Below the pieces are notes generated by a model, which saw nothing but the letters and a program-made list of their open reading frames with translations, was not told the DNA's origin and ran no database searches. The translations under genes and the position numbers were made by a program. From Candidatus Latescibacterota bacterium (GTDB lineage Bacteria; Latescibacterota; UBA2968; UBA8231), in the NCBI GenBank assembly GCA_965203175.1, contig OZ241867.1:4160001-4224000 (forward strand): DNA of 64,000 nt, read 5' to 3'. Below are positions 57,576-64,000 of the stretch, one piece after another; position 1 is the stretch's first letter; the number at the start of each line of letters is the position of its first letter.

Positions 57576-58889
57576 GTGCACTTAGGGTGGATCGTGTTCC
57601 TGAGCAACGCGCTGTTAGTCGTGCTCGTCTGGTGGAGTGGTCACATCGCACTCGCGCTCGCGTTGGCCGCGCTTTGGACTGGCGGCCAAATTTGGTTCTG
57701 GGGTCGCACGGCTCGCCGGCAGGGAGAGCGGTTGCGCCAACTCGACCAAGCGACTCCCGGCGACTCGGCTTGGCTGGAGGCATTCCATCCCGAGTTGGCG
57801 CGTCCGCTCGAGGAACTCGCCGAGCGCATTCAACAGCGCGTCGGTCAGCTAGAGAGCGAAAATAACCGCTTAGGGATCATCCTCGAAAGCATTACCGAGG
57901 CCATCCTGGTCGTCGACCGCGATGGCCGTGTGGTGCTGGCCAACAAAGCGCTGGCCAACCTGTTTGGCATAGACCCGCCGCTAGAGGGGCTGTTGACCGC
58001 CGAGGTCGTGCGCTACTCGGCCATCCAAGATGCCTTGGCTGGGTGTTTGGCCGATGGCCGACGGCGAGCAATGGAAGTGGACCTGACTGGTGCCCGAGAG
58101 CGCCATTTGGACATGCAGGTCGCGCCCGTCTTCGAAGGGAACGAGTGCATTGGTGCGGTGGCGGTGCTCTACGATATTACGCGCCTGCGCCAACTAGAGC
58201 GGATGCGCCGCGACTTTGTGGCCAATGTGTCCCACGAGTTGTGTACGCCATTGACAGCCATCAAGGGCTATGCCGAAATTTTATCCGATGGTGCGGTCGA
58301 CGACCGGGAGACGGCGCGCCGCTTCACCGGCATCATCGAGAATCACGCCGACCGCTTGACCCGCTTGCTCGGCGACTTGCTCGATCTGTCGCGGCTGGAG
58401 TCCGATCAACTGGAAGTCGAGCTGATCCCTTGCGAGCTGAAGCCTTTGGTGGATACGTCCGTTGGTTCGGTCAGCCAAGCGGCCGCGCAAAAACAAATCG
58501 ACATTCACTGCGACATTCCGCCGTCTGTCCAAGTGATTTGCGATCCCAAATTGATTGAACAGGCCCTAATCAACTTGCTCGACAACGCCGTCAAATACAC
58601 GCCCGCCGGTGGGAAAGTCCGCATTGGCACGCGGCCTATAGAGGACGCCGGTCGCCTAGCGATTTACGTCGAAGATACCGGCATTGGCATTCCCTCCGAG
58701 GACTTGGGGCGGATTTTCGAGCGCTTCTACCGGGTTGACAAGGGGCGCTCGCGCGACCTCGGCGGCACGGGCTTGGGCTTGTCTATCGTGCGCCACATTG
58801 CCGAAGTCCACGGCGAGCAAGTGTCCGTACAGAGCAAGTTAGGCGCGGGGACGACTTTCAGCTTTGAACTGCAAAGCCGCGGTATCTAA
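57576..58889 (+). CDS. phoR: PAS-containing sensor histidine kinase
   Basis: DFVANVSHEL.TPL, NLLDNA, FYRVDKGRSR..GGTGLGL; likely GTG start at 57576. Confidence 0.9.
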   Translation: MHLGWIVFLSNALLVVLVWWSGHIALALALAALWTGGQIWFWGRTARRQGERLRQLDQATPGDSAWLEAFHPELARPLEELAERIQQRVGQLESENNRLGIILESITEAILVVDRDGRVVLANKALANLFGIDPPLEGLLTAEVVRYSAIQDALAGCLADGRRRAMEVDLTGARERHLDMQVAPVFEGNECIGAVAVLYDITRLRQLERMRRDFVANVSHELCTPLTAIKGYAEILSDGAVDDRETARRFTGIIENHADRLTRLLGDLLDLSRLESDQLEVELIPCELKPLVDTSVGSVSQAAAQKQIDIHCDIPPSVQVICDPKLIEQALINLLDNAVKYTPAGGKVRIGTRPIEDAGRLAIYVEDTGIGIPSEDLGRIFERFYRVDKGRSRDLGGTGLGLSIVRHIAEVHGEQVSVQSKLGAGTTFSFELQSRGI

Positions 58890-59253
58890 AGCCGCGATAC
58901 TGTGCTGGGCATTGGCTGTCCTAGTGATTGGCTGCGCTGGTGAAAGCGACGACGGCGCGGTGGCCCAGGGCAAAGCGCTCTTTACCCGCAATGGGTGCGC
59001 GGTGTGCCACGGCCCGGACGGTCGCGGCGATGGCCAGATCGCGGCAACGCTCAAGCCGCCCCCGCGCGATTTCCGCGATCCCGCCGCCTATAAAAACGGC
59101 CACAGCAAGGCCGCCATCGCCCGGACGATTCAGAAGGGAATGCCCGGTACTTCCATGCCGGGTTATCGGCATCTATCGGAGGAAGAACGCGAGCAGATTG
59201 CCGCATATATTCGCTCTTTGCTAGAAAAAAAAGAAGATGAAGACACGCCTTAG
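58864..59253 (+). CDS. Monoheme cytochrome c (possible lipoprotein); start uncertain
   Basis: VIGC lipobox-like, CAVCH, GTSMP. Confidence 0.8.
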   Translation: MNCKAAVSKAAILCWALAVLVIGCAGESDDGAVAQGKALFTRNGCAVCHGPDGRGDGQIAATLKPPPRDFRDPAAYKNGHSKAAIARTIQKGMPGTSMPGYRHLSEEEREQIAAYIRSLLEKKEDEDTP

Positions 59254-60331
59254 TTTGATACTTACATTCGCACTCACCCTGCTGTTTTTTGCCACTCCCC
59301 ACACAGTTCGTGCCCACAAGCTCAACACCAGCTACACGAATTTGATCGCAGAAGACGCCGCGCTCAAAGTGCGCGTGCGCATAGACGATTTCGATCTCCT
59401 GAAAATCGGCATCGATCAAGACGGGGACAGCCTGTTGTTCTACGAAGAGATAGAGGCCGGCCTCGACGACGTATTCGCCTTTGTCGAAGAGCAGATGCGC
59501 CTGCGGGCCAACGGCGAGCCGCTCGCTCTCGTGCGCGACAGGGGAGACATCACCCCGGACGATCAGGGCAATATGTTTGCCAACGTGTACTTCAGCGCCG
59601 AGTTAGAGGAACCCGTCAATGAGCTAGAGGTCTGGGTCGGTTGGCCGGAGCGCTTTGGGGACGCGCACAAAAACTTGGCCAAAATCATGTTGCCCGGTCA
59701 GCCGCTCGTCCAAGCTGTGTTTTCGGCGGAATCGCCGCAGCAGACCTTTGCTGGAGAGAAGTCGCTGTGGGACCATCTATACGAGTTCACAGTGCTCGGG
59801 GTGGAGCACATTTTCCTCGGCTACGACCACGTCATGTTTCTGCTGGCGCTGATCGTGGTGGGCGGTCGGCTACTCACTTTGGTCAAGGTGGTTACGGCCT
59901 TCACCGTTGCCCACAGCATCACTCTCTGCTTGGCGGCCCTTGAAATCGTCCGCCTGCCGAGCCAGTGGATCGAGGCTGGCATCGCCTTGAGCATCGTGTA
60001 CGTCGCGGTGGAGAACTTCTGGCTCAAGCGCATGGATTACCGCTGGATGATCACTTTTGCCTTTGGGCTGGTGCACGGGTTTGGCTTCGCCAATGTGCTG
60101 CGCGAGTTGGGATTGCCGACGCGCGGGCTGGTCGCCTCGCTGTTTGCGTTCAACGCCGGCGTGGAAATCGGCCAAGTAGCGATTGTCGCGCTCGTCTTTC
60201 CCTTGATCGCGTGGCTCAGCCGGCAGTCCTATCAGCGGACGGTTGTTTTGGTGGTGTCGGCCGTTATTGGGTTTTTTGGGCTGGGCTGGTTTGTCGAGCG
60301 GGTTTTGGGGCTGGAATACATGCCGCTGTAA
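59237..60331 (+). CDS. HupE/UreJ_2-family membrane protein
   Basis: GVEHIFLGYDH, TAFTVAHSITL, FGLVHGFGFA, FNAGVEIGQ. Confidence 0.85.
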   Translation: MKTRLSLILTFALTLLFFATPHTVRAHKLNTSYTNLIAEDAALKVRVRIDDFDLLKIGIDQDGDSLLFYEEIEAGLDDVFAFVEEQMRLRANGEPLALVRDRGDITPDDQGNMFANVYFSAELEEPVNELEVWVGWPERFGDAHKNLAKIMLPGQPLVQAVFSAESPQQTFAGEKSLWDHLYEFTVLGVEHIFLGYDHVMFLLALIVVGGRLLTLVKVVTAFTVAHSITLCLAALEIVRLPSQWIEAGIALSIVYVAVENFWLKRMDYRWMITFAFGLVHGFGFANVLRELGLPTRGLVASLFAFNAGVEIGQVAIVALVFPLIAWLSRQSYQRTVVLVVSAVIGFFGLGWFVERVLGLEYMPL

Positions 60332-60341
60332 GCGCGGCTAG

Positions 60342-61472
60342 CTAAAAATCCGCGAAGGAGCCGTCCTCTGGGTGGCGGCGCATCGTCCGCTGCCGCCAGG
60401 GGCCACGGTGGGTAGCCGCCTCTATACCGTCTGGGTCGATCTCCACGCCTAGCCCCGGCCCTCGGGGCAATTCCACAAATCCATCCTGCATTTGCAAAGG
60501 GTTGGTGAAAAACCCTTCGCCGCCACCGCCGCCGTATTCCATGATGAGGAAGTTGGGCGTACCGGCCATCGCGTGTACGGAGGCGACGATGCCGAGGGGG
60601 TCGGCGGCGTTGTGAGGCGCGACGGAGATCTCGTGGACTTCGGCTAGGGCGGCGATTTTCTTCATTTCGAGGATGCCGCCGCAGTGGCGAATATCGGGTT
60701 GGACGATGGCCGCGGCCTTGCGCTCGCACAATTCGCGGAAGCCCCAGCGGGTGGCGCAGCGCTCGCCGGTGGCGATGGGGATGGAGGTCGAGCGCGTCAG
60801 TTCTAGCAGGGGGCCGATATTGTCGGTGGAACGGGTCGGCTCCTCGACGAAGAGTGGCTTGAGTGGCTCAAGTTCGCGCAAGAGCACTTTGGCCAGCGCT
60901 GGGCTGGTGGCGCGATGGAAGTCGATGGCGATGTCAATGGTCGGGCCGACGGCTTCGCGCATGGCCGCAATATGGGATATGACTCGTTCAATGCCCGCCG
61001 GATTTTCGATGGGGCGCACAGGGTCGGGGAAGGGGGTGGTTTTGAGCGCTGTAAAGCCTTGTTTGACGCGCTGGCGGGCGGCTTGGGCGGCTTGCTCTGG
61101 GGTGGGACCCCCGGCTGCTCCATAGACCCGAATTCTCTCGCGTACTGATCCGCCTAATAGCTTCCACACGGGTAAGTTAGCAGTTTTACCTAAGATATCC
61201 AGACAGGCCATTTCTATGCCGCTGAGGGCCGCTAACAGGATCGGCATCTGGCGGGAATAGCTGGAGCGGTAGAGGGTCTGCCAGTGGTCTTCGATTTGCA
61301 AGGGGTCGCGGCCAATCAGGTAATCGCCCATGTCGAGGATGGCCCGCTCCACCGTGCGGCCGTGTTCGTAGTTCATGGGCGCGCCCAAGCCCGTAAGGCC
61401 AGCGTCAGTTTCGACTTGGAGCAAAAGGCCGCGATTGTTGAGCGGCGTAATGTCGAAGCGGGTTATTTTCAC
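60342..61472 (-). CDS. dgoD: Galactonate dehydratase-like (mandelate racemase/enolase superfamily)
   Basis: SGIEMA..DILGK, IDFH, EEP, ATGER, QPDI..CGG, APHN. Confidence 0.7.
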   Translation of the reverse strand: MKITRFDITPLNNRGLLLQVETDAGLTGLGAPMNYEHGRTVERAILDMGDYLIGRDPLQIEDHWQTLYRSSYSRQMPILLAALSGIEMACLDILGKTANLPVWKLLGGSVRERIRVYGAAGGPTPEQAAQAARQRVKQGFTALKTTPFPDPVRPIENPAGIERVISHIAAMREAVGPTIDIAIDFHRATSPALAKVLLRELEPLKPLFVEEPTRSTDNIGPLLELTRSTSIPIATGERCATRWGFRELCERKAAAIVQPDIRHCGGILEMKKIAALAEVHEISVAPHNAADPLGIVASVHAMAGTPNFLIMEYGGGGGEGFFTNPLQMQDGFVELPRGPGLGVEIDPDGIEAATHRGPWRQRTMRRHPEDGSFADF

Positions 61473-61476
61473 CTTC

Positions 61477-62463
61477 TTACTCCTTTAGCCACGCTTTGAC
61501 CCGTGGGTGGTCGAGGACCTCTGGATTGAGGATGTGTTCGGGCTGGCGGCCGGCGATGGCGGCTGAGATTTGCTCGATGCCTTTGGCGTCGAGGCGCATG
61601 GTGGATTCGACCGTAATGCCAGCGTTGTGGTTGGTGCAGATGATGCGCGGGTGGTCCTTGTGGATGGCGCGGGTGTCGTTGACTGGATCGTCCACCACGT
61701 AGTAGTAGAGTTTTTCTTCCTCAATGGCGCGGTGGACGTCCTCGTCGTTGACGAGATTGCCGCGCGAGGGATTGATCAGCGAGGCGTGGGGCTGCATCAG
61801 GCTGAGCAGGTCGTAGTGGACGATGGTGTCGTCTCCCGAGACGTGGAGCGAAACCGTGTCGCACTCGCGAAAGAGCGCTTCGGGCGAGTCGGCGACTTCG
61901 GCCCCGTATTGGGCGGCGATGTCGGCGATGTCGGGACGGGTGTCGTACACGAGTAGGCGACCGCCCTCGCCCAAGAGCGGCACGGCGCGTTGAGCCACCT
62001 CTTGGCCTATGCGACCGCAGCCGTACAGGCCGAGGGTGGTGTATTGGGCCTCGTAGGTGCGGATGATAGAGAAGTCTCCTCGGTGGGAGAGGTGATTGAG
62101 GGTATAGACCCGCTTGAGGGTGGCCATCCACTGGGCAATGGCGTATTCGGCGACCGCGTCCATGTGAACCGGCGTCACGGTGATGATTACGCCGTAGCGG
62201 GTAGCTCCTGGGATATTGACTTTGTCAAAACCGACGCCCCAGCGGGCGACGATGCGCAAATCCTCGGCCGCTTCGTAAAATTCGTCCGTATAGACCGATG
62301 AACTGGCGATAGAGGCGATGAGGTTGGGAGCGTGTTCGGCGGTGAGAACGGCTGGCTCTGGGACGAGGGTGCCCAAGGAGCGGAGGTGTTCGAGGCCCTG
62401 TTCTCGCTCGCTGGAGGCGAATTCGGCGTTTCGAAACTGAGCGGTGAGCATGATGTTCGGCAT
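61477..62463 (-). CDS. D-isomer-specific 2-hydroxyacid dehydrogenase
   Basis: ARWGVGFD, AVAE, GCGRIG, INPSRG, HNAG. Confidence 0.85.
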   Translation of the reverse strand: MPNIMLTAQFRNAEFASSEREQGLEHLRSLGTLVPEPAVLTAEHAPNLIASIASSSVYTDEFYEAAEDLRIVARWGVGFDKVNIPGATRYGVIITVTPVHMDAVAEYAIAQWMATLKRVYTLNHLSHRGDFSIIRTYEAQYTTLGLYGCGRIGQEVAQRAVPLLGEGGRLLVYDTRPDIADIAAQYGAEVADSPEALFRECDTVSLHVSGDDTIVHYDLLSLMQPHASLINPSRGNLVNDEDVHRAIEEEKLYYYVVDDPVNDTRAIHKDHPRIICTNHNAGITVESTMRLDAKGIEQISAAIAGRQPEHILNPEVLDHPRVKAWLKE

Positions 62464-62488
62464 GTGTATTCCTTTCTACTACAATGGA

Positions 62489-63349
62489 TTAATCTACTTC
62501 ATCTGCGGCTGGAATTGAATCCATCGCCCCTGGTCGGGTGACGCAGAGAGCGGCGGCCTGCACCGCGCGGGTCATGGCGTCTCGCGCGGTCATGGCGGTG
62601 GTCAGGCCCTGGAGAAAATAGCCGATGAAGGTGTCTCCCGCACCTGTCGTATCGACTGCTTCGACATGCGGCACCGGGAGGTGGAATTCCTCGGTTGGGG
62701 AGCGATACTGGGCACCAGCGGCCCCCAGCGTGAGCGCGATTTGGGCACTAGGACAAAGCGCGGCCAGCGCAGCGAGTTCAGGTGCGCTGGCAAGGCCGGA
62801 AGCCTCGGTTTCATTGACGATGAGCAAATCGATCAATTCGAGGGGATACGCGCGAACTTCCGGGCCAAAGGGCGCGGGGTTTAAGCATATCGTCAGGCCC
62901 CGCTCAGAGGCTGAGGTGATGATGTAGGCGATGTCGTTTATCTCATTCTGCAAGAGGAGGATATCCTCTCGGTCGAAACGGGATAATGCGGCGTCTATGT
63001 CCCCTCTGTCTATTTGGGCATTGGCCCCGGCAAAGAGGACGATGCTGTTTTGGCCGTGGCGGTCAACTTGGATAATGGCGTGGCCGGTAGGTACGTCCCC
63101 AACGCGGATGTGCTGCACATCCACGCCCAGCCCAGCCAATTTATCGACTAGCCATTGCCCGTCTGGCCCGACTTGGCCGGCGTGGAAGACGCGCGCACCA
63201 GCGCGGGCAAGGGCCGCTGATTGATTGGCACCTTTGCCGCCAGCAAAAACTTGGTGGGACGAGCTGGCGATGGTCTCGCCCGGGCGGGCGATGTGTTCGA
63301 CTTGGTAAACGAGGTCGATGTTGAGCGAGCCAAAGTTGAGGATGTTCAT
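62489..63349 (-). CDS. rbsK: Ribokinase (PfkB family)
   Basis: GSLNID, GGKGANQ, LQNE, NPAP, DTTGAGDTF. Confidence 0.85.
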   Translation of the reverse strand: MNILNFGSLNIDLVYQVEHIARPGETIASSSHQVFAGGKGANQSAALARAGARVFHAGQVGPDGQWLVDKLAGLGVDVQHIRVGDVPTGHAIIQVDRHGQNSIVLFAGANAQIDRGDIDAALSRFDREDILLLQNEINDIAYIITSASERGLTICLNPAPFGPEVRAYPLELIDLLIVNETEASGLASAPELAALAALCPSAQIALTLGAAGAQYRSPTEEFHLPVPHVEAVDTTGAGDTFIGYFLQGLTTAMTARDAMTRAVQAAALCVTRPGAMDSIPAADEVD

Positions 63350-64000
63350 CCAGCCGTTGCTTCGCGGTAGGCGGCTTGTGCCGTAGCTTCCAAAAACCGC
63401 ATGTCGTTGCTGAAGTCGATGAACTGGAAGCCCTCGGCGACGCGCCGCTTGACTTCGGCGGAATCCTTGACGGGGATGCCGCTGGGTTTGCCGGCTTTGG
63501 CGCAGCCGGCGCGAAAAGCCTGTAAGGCGGCCTCGTGATCGGGGTGGCCGGCGGCGACGCCCATGGACATGGCTAGGTCGCCTGGTCCGAGGAAGCCGAT
63601 ATCGACGCCTTCGACGCGGGCGATGGCCTCGGCGTTTTCAATGCCCTCCATGTCCTCGATCTGCGGGATACAGAGGACGGCGTCGTCAAAGCTCTGGCGA
63701 TAGTCCGGGGCCAATGTGACGCAGCGGCCCGTGCCCACCGACCGATTGCCACGCGGTGGATAGCGCACGGCTTGGGCTAGTTTTTCAGCCTGCTCTGGGG
63801 TGCTGACGTGCGGGAAGACCAAGCCCCAGGCTCCGGCGTCGAGCAGGCGGGCGGCCGTGGTCGGGTCGTGGTCCCAGGCGCGGGCCAAGGGTAGGGCACC
63901 CCGCGCCTCAATGGCGCGGAAGGTATGGGCTATATGGCCGAGATCAAAGGCCGAATGCTCGGCATCGACCACCAGCCATTTGAAGCCGGCCGCAGCCATG
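63346..64000 (-). CDS. HpcH/HpaI aldolase family (5' end probably outside window)
   Basis: DAEHS, LDAGA, RYPP.G.R, QIE, GPGDL. Confidence 0.85.
   Translation of the reverse strand, partial: MAAAGFKWLVVDAEHSAFDLGHIAHTFRAIEARGALPLARAWDHDPTTAARLLDAGAWGLVFPHVSTPEQAEKLAQAVRYPPRGNRSVGTGRCVTLAPDYRQSFDDAVLCIPQIEDMEGIENAEAIARVEGVDIGFLGPGDLAMSMGVAAGHPDHEAALQAFRAGCAKAGKPSGIPVKDSAEVKRRVAEGFQFIDFSNDMRFLEATAQAAYREATAG

Noticed and set aside
58230-58250. PhoR H-box SHELCTP rather than SHELRTP
   Set aside because: The phospho-accepting His is intact, and a single substitution cannot be interpreted from sequence alone.

Overview
Bacterial chromosomal window with GC-rich flanks. A C-terminal 'NYPNPFNP' sorting-type domain, a secreted WD40 protein and a GH-like TIM barrel suggest an FCB-superphylum, possibly host-associated organism (inference only). 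Most of the window is housekeeping or metabolic: hisC-like, murG-HEAT/mraY, recG, aspartate kinase, queA-like, S1-domain protein, trpBA, glgC, a full pstSCAB-phoU-phoBR locus with 11-bp-periodic Pho-box-like arrays, and sugar-acid catabolism genes. The standout is a ~13 kb minus-strand defence island (~9.1-22.4 kb). A sigma54 enhancer-binding protein with an RtcR/CARF-like N-terminus ends at a stop codon that directly abuts a consensus sigma54 promoter (TGGCAC-N5-TTGCA). That promoter faces an operon of hsdR, hsdM (with an in-frame TAG that removes 69 C-terminal residues), hsdS, a 1366-aa fusion (MTase with VPPW in place of NPPY, one TRD, P-loop ATPase, Gly-rich tail) and a second P-loop ATPase with a HEPN/DUF4145-like C-terminus. 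This looks like an inducible Type I RM system carrying a decoy or guard module. Also notable are a caspase-like protease that shares the hexapeptide TRIKGG with its upstream neighbour, and three gene remnants that the ORF track misses or only partly captures. All domain calls come from motif recognition by eye, and no database searches were run.
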